40,862 nucleotides of DNA from Octopus bimaculoides (taxonomy: Eukaryota). The stretch lies in NCBI RefSeq assembly GCF_001194135.2, contig NC_068998.1, positions 13,192,203 through 13,233,064 on the forward strand, read 5' to 3'. Within the stretch, counting starts at the first letter, position 1. Every line of letters starts with the position of its first letter. Positions 22,548 through 35,741 of this stretch are shown piece by piece. The translations under genes were made by a program, and so were the position numbers. The notes below the pieces were generated by a model, which made no database searches, was not told the origin of the DNA, and worked only from the letters and a program-made list of their open reading frames with translations.

Positions 22548-22924
22548 CAAATTGGCAGCAGGATTGTTGTTTATTAAAGTTTGGCCTTTTTCTTTTTTTT
22601 GCTGAATGGCTAAGTTATGAGAACGTAAACAAACCAACATCAGCAGTCAAGTGGTATAGGAACAAACATGAAGATATACATGCATACACATAGTGACAAA
22701 CTTCCACACAGTTTCTATCTGCCATTTAGGCACTTAGTTATTATCTAACCACATTGAGTTGTAATGTGAACCTAGAATTACTTGAGGTAAGCAATTCCAT
22801 TGTATTTAATCCAATGAGTAAATCCTGGGTTTGCTTCTCTGGATTATGAATACTTAACTGAGTGTATATCCAGTACAGTAAAAATAAATATGGAGATTAG
22901 TACACCTACATAATTTTTTTTACT

Positions 22925-23439
22925 AGTGCCCCTAGAGTGGCTCTTGTGCGGGTGGCACATAAAATACACCATTTTGAGCATGGCCGTTGCCAGTACTGCC
23001 TGATTAGCCTTCGTAGGATTTTTGAGCGAGATCGTTGCCAGTGCCCCTGGAGTGGCTCTTGTGCGGGTGGCACATAAAATACACCATTTTGAGCATGGCC
23101 GTTGCCAGTACTGCCTGATTGGCCTTTTTAGGATTTTCGAGCGAGATCGTTGCCAGTGCCCCTGGAGTGGCTCTTGTGCGGGTGGCACATAAAATGCACC
23201 ATTTTGAGCACGACCGTTGCCAGTACCACCTGACTGGCCTTCGTGCGGGTGACATGTAAAAGCACTCACTACACTCTCTGAGTGGTTGGCGTTAGGAAGG
23301 GCATCCAGCTGTAGAAACTCTGCCAAATCAGACTGGAGCCTGGTGTTGCCATCCGGTTTCACTAGTCCTCAGTCAAATCGTCCAACCCATGCTAGCTTGG
23401 AAAGCGGACGTTAAACGATGATGATGATGATGATGATGA
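22925..23439 (+). mobile_element. Retroposon family C, (ATG)n-tailed, with an internal 115-bp tandem repeat
   Basis: Ends GAGTGGTTGGCGTTAGGAAGGGCATCCAGCTGTAGAAAC...CGGACGTTAAACGATGATG. The 115-bp units start at 22925, 23040 and 23155. Confidence 0.8.
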
Positions 23440-23971
23440 ATTTAAATTTGTCTGATATACGTTTCTGCAGCAAGATCCCCCACTTCAGTGGTTGGACCTT
23501 AAATAAAGGTGCATAGACTAATCACGAGTTGAAATTAACTGGATTCAAATGCCTATTGCTAGATGTATATGAACAGAAACATGCATCAGACAAATTAAAT
23601 CAAATATGCTGTAATCGACTGTAGAACTGGTGAGTGCACTAAACTGTGACAACTGATTGGTTAAAATACAGTTCATAAGATGCAGTCTGTTGGAGTTCAT
23701 CAGAAGGTATTTAAAGGACAAACTTAACCATTTCACTACAGTTGTCAATTGTGTAACATGACTGTCCCTACTACTACATAAACCTCATGATTGTGTTACA
23801 CATAAAAGTACTAGTCTTATCACAGTAAATATATAACATCCTATTATCATAATATTGTAAAATTATAAAAATTGTAAATAGTAAAACAGGAAAATCAGAC
23901 TAAGTTAGAATTTCATTGATTAATGTATTCTTCTATACACAATCATACAAACTTGGGGATACATACATACA

Positions 23972-24045
<74 letters not shown>

Positions 24046-25388
24046 GTATGTATATGGACTATGAAATATATATTTCAATTTATTTGAATATAAATCTTTT
24101 TCTAAATATTTGAAAATTAAATCATTTCTAAGCTAAGTTAATTAATAAGTATTTCCTAATTACAATGGCAGAATCTGATGTCTCCAAAGATTCTTTTATT
24201 AAGATCATTTAATCTGATGAAATTTGCAGAAGACACATAACGAAAGTTTCTAAGTCTTATCAACTGAATAGAATATTCTTCTCTGGGGAGATCTTATGAG
24301 TACATAACATGTCTTTTGATTCCACAAGTTGACTTCAAAGATGATATCCACTTTGTCTGTATCGACTTTATTTTCCAAAAATTTCGCTTGTTTGATATTA
24401 CTTGAGTTATTTCTCTTGGTTGATATTTTCAAACCTTTAAACACCCTAAAGGAAGTCTTTTATCTTCTGTAACATAGATAATCACAGTTAATCAAAGTTT
24501 TTCAATTCACTATATCATATATGAGAGACTCCCATTCTATTTTCTTGGTTTTCTGATGCAACTTCTGCTTGTTCTTTAACTCTTTTGTTACCATGTTTCT
24601 GAGGAAATATGGCAACATGCCATTGTTTCAGTTCATTTTGAAAACAAAGAATTTAATAAAATAACTTTATCATTATTAAGTTGGTGACTGGAATGTAAAT
24701 TGATATGAAATTTTGATGGAAATTTTAATGTATATCATGTTAAAACTTGAAGCTGGTGTCATAAGCCAACCTCAGGCAGGTTGGTATCAAAAAAGTTAAA
24801 TCAAGTCAATTGTCTACAAACCAAATTTTCCAAAAGGCAGGGAAAATAACATGAAAAAAATGACTAAGGAAAGCATGGAAAAAAGTAGGAAGCAAGGCTA
24901 ATCTGTAAATAGTGAATCACATGAAAGAAAAAAAAATATAGCAACAAGTAGTGAGATGTTATGCTGAAGAAGATCCATCCAAACCATCTAAGAATGACAA
25001 AACAAACATAATGTGATCATGGTTATCATCATATTTGTTGTTGATGTTCAATCTCAAAGATGTGACTATCCATCTTTTTGCATCATCATCATCATCATTT
25101 AATATCCCCTTTTCCATGCTTGTATGGGTCAGGTTTGTCGAAGTATTTTTTCTATAGCCAGATACCCATTCTGTCACCAACCCTCTCCGTTTCCCCATCA
25201 AGGTAAAATTTCTCCATTGGCAGACATGTTTTTTTTTTTTACAGAATATTGGAAATGAATGACAAACATTTAACCCTTTAGCATTCAGATTGTTCTGCTA
25301 AATGTAATACTTAGTTATTCACATTGTGTTGAATCAATCATGCATTATTTCATCGCTTTGAAATTTTGATAATGCAATTGCTTTGTCT

Positions 25389-25526
25389 TAGCAGGCTGAC
25401 TAAAAAGTAAGCAATGTTTTGAAACATGAAATTCATCACAATATATTTCAGCAATGTGGAAATTTTATTCATCAAAGTAAGTACCATTACAATCAGTACA
25501 TTTTTGCCAACAAGTTACAAGTTTGT
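25389..25526 (-). mobile_element. 3' end and TIR of the same mariner
   Basis: 25465-25524 on the minus strand reads KLVTCWQKCTDCNGTYFDE*, the canonical mariner C-terminus. A TIR-like AGGCTGACTAAAAAGTAAGCAATG lies at about 25393. Confidence 0.8.
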
Positions 25527-25818
25527 AGTAAAGATTGTTTGTAGTAAAGATATTTTCGAACAAGGGAATCTAGCACCCCCATTCAGCTCAAAACGATTTT
25601 TGGGTTATTTCCATTCATCAGGGTACTGGATTTCCTTGTTTGAAAATATAAGGACACAGATCGTGTAGTATAACCAGCTGGAGATGATGTCTCCTGGGGC
25701 TAAATTACAGCAACATTAGTCCTAAACCAGGACTGCCATATTATGTTGGCAAACAATCTTTACTACAAAGTACTGTTGCTTAATATCCAACGTTGTGAGA
25801 TTTAGAATTAGTAATTTT

Positions 25819-26097
25819 CTAAGTTACAAGTTTGTTTATTCCGGTAACATAAAAATCTGGAGTTCTGGAGCTGATGAACTCTTTGAACACATTTTCAGCA
25901 TCAGTTTGATTTTTGAACTTCTTCTCTCACAGGAAACCATCAAGGTCCTTGAAAAAGTGGTTATCAGTAGGAAAAAGATCTGGGGAATAAGCTGGGTGGG
26001 GAAGAACTTTGAAGCCAAGTTCCCTCAACTTCTGGAGTGTCATTAGTGAAACATGTGGTCGAGCATTGTCATGAAGAATAGTTGGTCCTCTTCTGTT
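25819..26097 (-). pseudogene. Mariner transposase catalytic C-terminal remnant (Hsmar1/cecropia-like)
   Basis: NRRGPTILHDNARPHVSLMTLQKLRELGFKVLPHPAYSPDLFPTDNHFFKDLDGFL*EKKFKNQTDAENVFKEFISSRTPDFYVTGINKLVT: HDNA and YSPDL..TD motifs of DD34D mariner transposases, with one internal stop. Confidence 0.9.
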
Positions 26098-26997
26098 GAC
26101 CAGTTTAAATGCTAAAGTGTTAAAACTATCATATAAGTGTCAAGTCATGAAGAGACAAACATGTACACACACACATACATATTCAGTTTCCATCAACCAA
26201 ATTCACTCACAAGGGGTTAATAGAAGACATTTGAGGCTTTAGTAAAGTTGTCACACGGTGGGATTGAACCCAAAGCCACATGGTCATGAAGTAAGCTTCT
26301 TATGATTTAGCCACTAATTCTCTTTTGCAGACAGTACATCTAGAACCATGTAAATCCAGTCTATCTTCCCACATATCAGTAAGGGACATGATTTGAACAA
26401 GATTTGGATACTATTTCTAACAGGTCAAACAACCATGTAGAGCTTTCTTCATTGGCTAGTGTTCCACAGACATTCCTTTCAGGACTCATGAAAATCTTCG
26501 TCAGAAGAAAACTTTCTAATGCTGCAAGATTAATTTTGGCTCAGAAATGTGTTACCAGAATTTTTTTTATTTTTTCCAATTTCCTGTCTTGCTTAAGTTT
26601 AGCTTTTTGTATTATTTTTATATACACAAATACTGTAACTGGCTGAGTCGTTGTTGTATCAGAAAACGTGATTGTTTATGGTTCAGCTCACATAGTTGTA
26701 AATAGATACTGTGGGCGAGCTAACAAGGAAGCCTTGATGTGATTTCCCAATCTCCTAGAAATAGTAATCAAATTACACCTAACCATATAAAATAATATGC
26801 TCCTTAACCCTTTTGATGCCAACCTGGCTGAGACCATTCCTTGTTTCTATTATACAACCTTCCAATTTTTAAATAATTTAAATTAAAACCTTACAAAATT
26901 TTATGCTAAACTAAGGTTCAAATACCAGTTCAACAATAAAATCATTTTACTAACTTCTTCGTTATTTTCATAGTTAATTGAAATGAGGGCATGTTGT

Positions 26998-27226
26998 TTA
27001 ACCCTTTAGGATTTAAACCAGCCATATCTGGCCCCAAATTTTCCACTTGTTTTATGTTCAAAGTGGTCAGATCTGGCCTCTCATATCTATCTAAGAATGT
27101 CATTGTAAGAATGTATAATAACATCATTGAAGTCTCAAAGCTATGAGATAATGCATGATTAACTCAAATCAGTGTGAATAAATAAGCATTACATTTGACA
27201 GAATAATGTGAATGCTAAAGACTTAA
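26998..27226. mobile_element. TTAA-flanked MITE (piggyBac-like)
   Basis: TTAA-CCCTTTAGGATT...AATGCTAAAGAC-TTAA. Related copies or fragments lie at about 7455-8080, 14885-15245 and 25268-25380. Confidence 0.6.
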
Positions 27227-27785
27227 GAGAAATATGGTAACAAAAGGGTGAAAAGAATATCTGACTGTGGTTGGAATACTTTTGATCATAAGCCTGCTTG
27301 ATCAGAGTTGACCTGTGGTTAAACAACCAGCTGTAATATGGTGGGATGCACTTCCTGTCACCAGCCCTCACCTGTTTTTCAAGTAAGATGATAATGCCCC
27401 ATAGTCAGACATGATTGTTGTTATGAAAGACTAGAAATAAGCATTACTTGGATAGTGGTGATTCAATGATTGCATTATTTTCTCCATGCATGAGACACCC
27501 CTTGGGAATTTTCAAATGTCAATATTTTAATTTCCTTAAGGCACTCGATTAAAACAGAACTGCCAGAACAAGTTGTGATGTCATGTCATGTCAATGAAAC
27601 ACACAAACACATTAATACACATTCACACACATATTTACACATATATGACAGGCTTCTTTCAGTTTCTGTGTACCAAATCCACTCACAATGCTTTAGTTGC
27701 CATACAGTAGAACTGGACATGAAACTATATGATTGGGAAGCAAGCTTCTCACATATGTCAGGCCATGGGAAAAATATTCTATTTT

Positions 27786-28090
27786 CAGGGGTTCTCAACC
27801 CCTTTTTTTGTCTGTGGAACCCTATGATGCTTATTTTACTCAACTGGACCTCCATAGTCATCTGATGCTAAAAAAATTCCTATTGTATTTTTATAATTAA
27901 AAATTAGGAATTGTATAAAAAAATTGTTAAAATATTTTGTGTATTGTAGAAATATAACCAAACACTTAAACTTTAACAACAAAATCTTGCATGGACCCCC
28001 AAAGTCCATATGGACTCCCAAAGTCCATATGGACCTCCGAAGTCCATATGGAACCCTAAACTCCATATGGACCCTGTTTGAAAATCACTG
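27786..28090. mobile_element. hAT/Charlie-like MITE with subterminal palindromic repeats
   Basis: Ends CAGGGGTTCTCAACC and GTTTGAAAATCACTG resemble Charlie/MER5-type termini. No clean 8-bp TSD is visible. Confidence 0.55.
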
Positions 28091-28705
28091 ATTTAGTTGA
28101 ACAAATTGAATCCCAATACTTATATTTTAAGTGTGATACTTATTTTCTTGATATTTTTTGCCAAACTGCTAAGTTATGGGAGTAATGTCAAATGGTGGTG
28201 TTTGGGGTAAACAAACCAATAAAAATTCATGCAAACATGCACACAGCTTCAATCTACCAATGTTACTCATAAGGTATTGGTCATTATAAGTTTGTAAGAA
28301 AAGAAACTTGTCCAAGGTGCCATGCAGTGGGATTGAACTTGACCATATATGGTTGCTAAACAAGCTTCTTAAACACACACAGCCATGTCATACTTGTAAA
28401 CAGGCCACAGAATTTTCCAGTAACTAAGAAGTAGGAATCAGGCAACACTACTTTGGTAATAGTTTGTTGTTTACATTTTTCATAAGAAGATTTACTCTTT
28501 GTAACTTTGGTAAGTGGTAGCAATGCGTCTTAAGAACAGAAAACATATGTCGTTTAATGTCTTGCATTTAAGTACAGAAGATTCTGTAACATGTTTACAG
28601 CATATTTTAATACAAAGAGACTAAATATTGTTTATTAAACAATTTCTTTATAATTATATATGTTTTTATTGGAAACAATGTTGTGTTGGTGATTTTTTCA
28701 AGATT

Positions 28706-28811
<106 letters not shown>

Positions 28812-29309
28812 ATAATGTAAATAGATAAAACTTCCTTGGGTTTCATACACAGAATACATATACATGTATAGATGTAAATAAAGACAAGGTAAAGACTGTA
28901 AAATTTCCAGATGATTAACATTCAAGTATAAATATATATATATTTATATATTAATAGAGAAAACTTATTCAGATTCCATAGACTCAAAGAATTAGAGAAA
29001 AAGTATGGTATTACAAGGCTGACAGCTGTTTCTGGGTGACTGGAGTTATTTCATAATGCTGGTAGATGTAGTTCACCAAAGATTTGCAACTTATTATCAA
29101 AAATATTTGAATCAGAGGCTGTGTATTCCAAAGGGTTAAAAAACAAAGCCCCCTTTAGAGAATATTGAGTCCTACTTGAGAGGTTATATGGTTAGATACT
29201 TCTTTTCAACAAACTGATAAATATATAACATAGAAAGTGGATACGACAGTTAAATCTACTGTCAAACTTATTAGTATATGAAACGTCTTTCTAGATCAGT
29301 CCTATTCAA

Positions 29310-29743
29310 TACTCTTTTACTCTTTACTCTTTTACTTGTTTCAGTCATTTGACTGTGGCCATGCTGGAGCACTGCCTTTAGTCGAGCAAATCGACTCCAG
29401 GACTTATTCTTTGGAAGCCTAGTATTTATTCTATCGGTCTCTTTTACTGAACTGCTAAGTTACGGGGACGTAAACACACCAGCATCGGTTGTCAAGTGAT
29501 GTTGGGGGGACAAACACAGACACACAAACACACACACACATTCCCTTACACACACATATATATATATATATGCATATATACGACGGGCTTCTTTCAGTTT
29601 CCGTCTACCAAATCCACTCACAAGGCTTTGGTCGGCCCGAGACTATAGTAGAAGACACATGCTCAAGGTGCCACGCAGTGGGGCTGAACCCGGAACCATG
29701 TGGTTGGTAAGCAAGCTACTTACCACACAGCCACTCCTGCGCC
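29310..29743 (-). mobile_element. SINE family A (full length)
   Basis: Near-identical to 8194-8613 and 17591-17998. Confidence 0.85.
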
Positions 29744-30239
29744 TTAAAAATTTGTTAACAATAACAAAACAACACAAAAACCATTCTTCCATCTGTTTCT
29801 ATTTTCATTTCTGAACTCTGGTTTCCTCAGTTAATGTACAGACTTGTTGACATATAAAGCACCATTATTTCATTTATTTCCCTCGATGATTCCACGCTGA
29901 TCTTACTACATTGGCATTTAGATATTTGCATATAAATTGTTCAGGATAATAATTTACAGTTGGGTGGCTTTTGTAATGTTAACAGTTTCTGCTATTAAAC
30001 CAATTTAAATAGAATAATGCAGTTTTCTCACACAACAGCTTTCAGCACAGTTTGAACTCATAGACTTGCATTTAGTCTTTAAACTTAAACTCACAACCAC
30101 AGTACTTCATGTGTTTTTCTTAAACACTTTAAACTTTCATCCACAGTATTTCATATGTTTACATGCTAAATATTCTCACACTCTTAGTCTTCTTATAAAG
30201 AAATAAGCTACATAAATAAAAGAACAAATGGTGTTTTAC

Positions 30240-30314
<75 letters not shown>

Positions 30315-30579
30315 NNNNNNNNNNNNNNNNNNNNNNNNNNNNNNNNNNNNNNNNNNNNNNNNNNNNNNNNNNNNNNNNNNNATATATACAAATGATTCAT
30401 ATTGATTTGAGATAATTAACACAAAATAAATGGACCTAGAATAATCGAAAATCAAATCAAATAAATAAAAGACAAGTAACAAACAAAGGAAACAATAATA
30501 ATAATATTGCAGACTTCCATTTAATGCTGCTGATGTCTCTTAGCTTAAGAATATGCAATTATGATGATTCCTTTTCTAG

Positions 30580-30630
30580 AACACTGATAGATGTCTATGA
30601 ATTCAAAGATAAACCTAATTTATTAAAAAG
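30580..30630 (+). CDS. Candidate 51-nt exon, unknown protein
   Basis: TTCCTTTTCTAG|...AAG|GTGAGA. One frame is open, TLIDVYEFKDKPNLLK, phase 2 to 2. Confidence 0.4.
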
Positions 30631-31403
30631 GTGAGACACTGAAGATGCTATCTGATCGATTGTAAATTCCTGAGTTCCTGCTTTGTTACCATATTTGTTG
30701 GCATTTAAGATGCACCTCTTTACGCCACAACCAAAAATATATACAAAAGAAAACAACTATTTTTCTCATAAAGATATCACCCTGGGTCCTTCAAGTGAAA
30801 TTGTTTTAAATATTACATGCTTTAATTCACTAAAACAGTTTTTTCCTGAATATGTGATTGTGATGCTGAAATTAGGTTGTCTCTCATATGTCAGTGCATC
30901 TTTCATGTCATTAAAAATGGTATTTTATATTCTGGCACTCCATTGGTTATGACGACGAGGGTCCCACTTGGTTTGATCAATGGAGCAGCCTGCTCATGAA
31001 ATTAATGTACAAATGGCTGAGCACTCCACAGACGTGTGTACCCTTAACTTAATTCTGAGGGAGATTCAGCATGACACACAATGTGGCAAGGCTGACCTTT
31101 TGAATTACAGGTACAACTCAGTGGACTGAAGCAGTGTAAAATAAGTATTTTGCTAAAGTATACAATGCACCGCCAAGAGATGAACTCGTGACCTTGCAAT
31201 TGTAAGCCGAACACGCTAACCACTACACCACATGCCTTCATGGTATTTTATATATTGGATATAAAACAAATGGCAAAAGGATTGCTTCCCAACCACAAGG
31301 TTCCGGGTTCAGTCCCACTGCATAGCACCTTGGGCAAGTGTCTTTTACTATAGCCCCGGGATGACCAAAGCCTTGTGAGTGAGTGATATAGTAGATGGAA
31401 ACT

Positions 31404-31446
<43 letters not shown>

Positions 31447-31546
31447 TTGGAGCCTGGTGTTGCCATCCGGTTTCACCAGTCCTCAGTCAAATCGTCCAAC
31501 CCATGCTAGCATGGAAAGCGGACATTAAACAATGATGATGATGATG

Positions 31547-31577
<31 letters not shown>

Positions 31578-32444
31578 AAGGCACATGACTTATTGGTTAG
31601 GGTGTTGCACTCACGATTGTGAGATCATGGGTTCGATTCCCAGACCAGGCATTGTGTTGTGTTCTTGAGCAAAGAACTCCATTTCACGTTATGCAGAGTC
31701 TGACCAAACTCGTGCACTTACACCCTAGATCCATCATGGTGTCTAATGTGGCTTTTAAAACCAGACAATGTATTGAAAAGACACTCACATAGATTACATA
31801 CACTCATATATATGTAAAACAATATAAGGATTTGCTTCTATAAATCATAATTCATATGCAAATATTTAAAGGATAAAAAAAATCATTATGAATATATTGT
31901 CTTAGAAATGAATGAAAATCGTTTAAAATGAATATGGAAACCCATAGGCATACACGTGGATATGCGGTTGATGAGTTTGATTAATGATGTTGGGATTCCG
32001 GGTTCGATCCTATGTAGGAGGGTCATGGGTCTTTTATTGCAACCTGGGTTGACCAATGATACATAGGGAGAAAATTTGAGAAAGGAAAGCTATGGGATAA
32101 CCCATTATGTTGGTTTCAGTGTGTCTTCGGAGATATATGTGAAGGCATATGGCCTAGTGGTTAGAATGTTGCATTCATAATAGTGAGATTGTGGTTTCAA
32201 TTCCTGGACAGGATAGTATGTTTTGCTCTTGAGCAAAGGGTTTCATCTCATGTTGTCTGCAATCACTGGGACCACATAAAAAGATCACCCTGTATACTCT
32301 GTAAAGTGGTTAGCGTTAGAAAGAGCATCCAGCTACTGAAATCATACCAAAACAGACAACTGGAGCCTGATGCAGCCCTCCAAGCTGTCAGCTCCTGTGA
32401 AACCATCCAAGCCATGCCAGGATGGAAATCACCAACATAAATTT

Positions 32445-32820
32445 GATGATGATGACAATAATAATCATGATGACGATGACGACAATGATGACGATGACAA
32501 TGATGATGCTGCTGATGATGATGACAATGTTGATGATGACAACGACGATGATGACAATGATGATGGTGATGGTGATGATGACGATGATGATGAAGATGAT
32601 GATGATGACAATGATGAGGATGATGACAATGATGATGACAATGTTGATGATGACAACGACGATGATGACAATGATGATGGTGATGATGATGATGACGATG
32701 ATGATGAAGATGATGATGATGATGATGACAATGATGAGGATAATGTTGATGACAATGATGATGATGATGACAATGATGATGACGATGATGATGATGACAA
32801 TGATGACAATGAGGATTATG
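32445..32820. repeat. Degenerate (GAT)n tract with ~114-bp higher-order duplication
   Basis: GACAATGTTGATGATGACAACGACGATG recurs at 32523 and 32637. Confidence 0.9.
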
Positions 32821-33664
32821 CATTCACCAACGTAAAACTGGTACCAGTGCAAGCAACAAAGATACCTCATAGTGTAGTATTGTATTGTACTTTATTATAG
32901 AGTACACCAAAAGTTAACAGTAAACTTACAGATTCAATAGATGGAAATTGATTAAATAGGTAACTCCCCCAGTAAATAGTGGGAGTAATGTAATAATCAA
33001 GGGACAAACCCTTGAAAGTTTTGCTCCAGCATGATTACAGTTTAATGACTGAAACGTATTGAAGAATAAACGGTAGCAGTGTTTCAAATGTATTGAAAGT
33101 ATCTCTGTAGTAATTTTTGCTGTTGCTATGGTAACAGAAACCTTTTTGGTTGTCATAGTAAGCACGCTGAAGTCATTGGATAATTGTATTGATATGGTCA
33201 GTGAGACAGCTACGGTTCTATGGTTTCTGTTATTCTCAATATTTGCAGCCGAATACAAAAATGATCCTGGTTTATCATCATCATCATCATCATCGTTTAA
33301 CGTCCGCCTTCCATGCTAGCATGGGTTGGACGATTTGACTGAGGACTGGTGAAACCGGATGGCAACACCAGGCTCCAATCTGATTTGGCAGAGTTTCTAC
33401 AGCTGGATGCCCTTCCTAACGCCAACCACTCAGAGAGTGTAGTGAGTGCTTTTACGTGTCACCCGCACGAAAACGGCCACGCTCGAAAAATGGTTGATAA
33501 ATATGTATGGTGAGAGAAATTTTAGAATTTAGAAGAATAAATACGAAGGGGTGTTGAAAAGTTCTTGGATTTGGGTAACACCACTAAGCATTTCGCCTGG
33601 CATGCTTACGTTTCTGTCAGCTCACCGCCTTATTTTTTTTCATATTGATCTCTGATGTATGGTA

Positions 33665-34398
33665 TTTACTCTTTTACTTGTTTCAGTCTTTTGACTGTGG
33701 CCATGCTGGAGCACCGCCTTTAATCGAGCAAATCAACCCCAGGACTCATCCTTTGTAAGCCTAGTACTTATTCTATCGGTCTCGTTTGCTGAACCGTTAA
33801 GTTACGGAGATATAAACACACCAACATCAGTTGTCAAATGATGGAGGGGGGGACAAACATAGACACACAAACACACACACACATATATATATATGTGTGT
33901 ATATATATATATTTGAAGAAAAGCAACAAAAATTCAATTGGTTATGGCAGTACATACGTTTCGTACAAACTTCATTTATTCATGTAGTGAGAACACTACA
34001 TAAAATGTGCAATGAAAATGTACTCCTCAGCTGCATTATGGAATTTCATTTTAGAAACGTATGTACTGCTATAATCTATTGAATTTTTGTTGCTTTTCTT
34101 CAAATTTTATTCACCAAATCTCTTGATTTTGTTTTTGGTTTTTACCCTACCAAATTCTGGTGCCTCAAACATTTTAAGTACCACATTTAATCTTTTGATT
34201 AAATCTATATTATTATTATTATATATATATATATACGACGGGCTTCTTTCAGTTTCCGTCTACCAAATCCACTCAAAAGGCTTTGGTCAGCTCGAGGCTA
34301 TAGTAGAAGACACTTGCCCAAAGTGCCACGCAGTGGGACTGAACCCGGAACCATGTGGTTGGTAAGCAAGCTACTTACCACACAGCCACTCCTGCGCC
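33665..34398 (-). mobile_element. SINE family A tail (33665-33890) and head (34233-34398) separated by ~330 bp
   Basis: Both halves match family A. The intervening sequence is bounded by (TA)n and contains the 131-bp MITE. Confidence 0.7.
33943..34073. mobile_element. 131-bp miniature inverted-repeat element
   Basis: TATGGCAGTACATACGTTTC (33943-33962) versus GAAACGTATGTACTGCTATA (34054-34073), a 19/20 inverted match with TA ends. Confidence 0.65.
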
Positions 34399-34791
34399 TA
34401 GTGGCATAAAAAAATGCACAGGTATATTAGATGCACCCCAATTCCAGCAGAACATATTAAAAAAAAAAGATGGTTTTAGTACATTAAAGCTTATGGGAGG
34501 CCCAACTTTGCTTATAAGATCTGTGGCAATTTTGTCAAACATTTTATGGGGAAAACATGTATTTTATACAGCATCAAATATGGTAATATAATCAACGGAT
34601 CCCAAATTATATACTTTATATTATCAGCCCATCGATGATGTATAGTGAACTTGGACTCTATCAAGATTTGAAATTGCTTTATTTTATAAGTTGCCTAACA
34701 ACTTATGCAAAATGCCAAGAATTTCCACAGAAGAAGAGTTCAATTGATTGCATTGATTTTCATGTGTTACGATTTGTACTTATTTTATTAG

Positions 34792-34839
34792 TCCTGATGG
34801 GATCAAAGGAGGAAAAAATCAACAGCTGCATGATTTGAA
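34792..34839 (+). CDS. Candidate 48-nt exon, unknown protein
   Basis: TTATTTTATTAG|...|GTCAGT (alternative donor GTAAAT at 34844). It reads PDGIKGGKNQQLHDL and is phase-compatible with 30580-30630. Confidence 0.25.
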
Positions 34840-35741
34840 GTCAGTAAATAGTTGTAACTATGCACCGAAAGCATTTAGTGTCTGCTACTTCACTGTTTGA
34901 TATGTATGTATGTATGTATCTATCTATCTATCTATATATATATATATATATACATACACACAAACACATATGTATACATATATATATATACATACATACA
35001 CAGACACACACACATATAGAAATATACATACATAAACATATATATATATGTGTGTGTTGCATGTATGTATGCATGTACAAGTGTGTGTCTGTGTGTGTGT
35101 GTACACAAGTGTGTTTCTTTGTTTGATCTCTTATGATAGTTGTACATGGGCGCCATTCAATTCTGATCTTCCATGAAAATATGTCCGAGGATGGGGAAAC
35201 ATGACATTATTTGGAAACAGGTAAGGGTTGGTGACAGGATGTGCATATAACCATAGAAAATTTATGACCATAGAAAATTTGCCTCACTGAACTTGTCTGA
35301 CCCATGTGAGCATGAAGAAGTGGACGATGATGATGATGATGATGATGATGATCATGATGATGATGATGAAATACATGCATACTTACATACACACACCTGT
35401 ATACACACACACCTGTATACACACACACATACAAACATAATATTTTAGTTATCATAGTTGATACTAGCCTTCTGTAATTTTAAGCTTCATATTACAGAAG
35501 TGTTATGGTGTAATCTTGTGGATGAACCATTGTGACCTTAGAACAAAGGTCACTATTGGTTACCTCTCTGATAATTGATACAGTCAAATATTTCGTCTGC
35601 AGTATGAAACTTGAAATTATGGAAAGTTAGTACTGAATGTAATTACTATAATATTTGTACTGAATATGCTTATTTTTGTTTGCTCAACATCTGACAAACA
35701 ACATCAGTTAAACAAAGAGAAAAACATCATCCTCATTACAT

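Noticed and set aside
24160-24450. KFAEDT (FADD-like) on the + strand and a 64-aa minus ORF
   Set aside because: Stops surround the motif and no other RT motifs align, so I cannot distinguish a LINE relic from chance.
26404-26646. 80-aa + ORF with an overlapping ~55-aa minus frame
   Set aside because: There is no convincing donor, no recognisable motif and no compatible neighbouring exon.
32263-32900. Poly-Asp, poly-His and poly-Met ORFs of 110-186 aa (also 12.8-13.7 kb and 21.6-22.0 kb)
   Set aside because: (GAT)n tracts are stop-free in most frames, and there are no splice signals or complex flanking coding sequence.
32926-33319. Two-strand ORFs with transmembrane-looking stretches
   Set aside because: They are built on degenerate ACCATAGCAACAGC-like low-complexity repeats plus retroposon ends.
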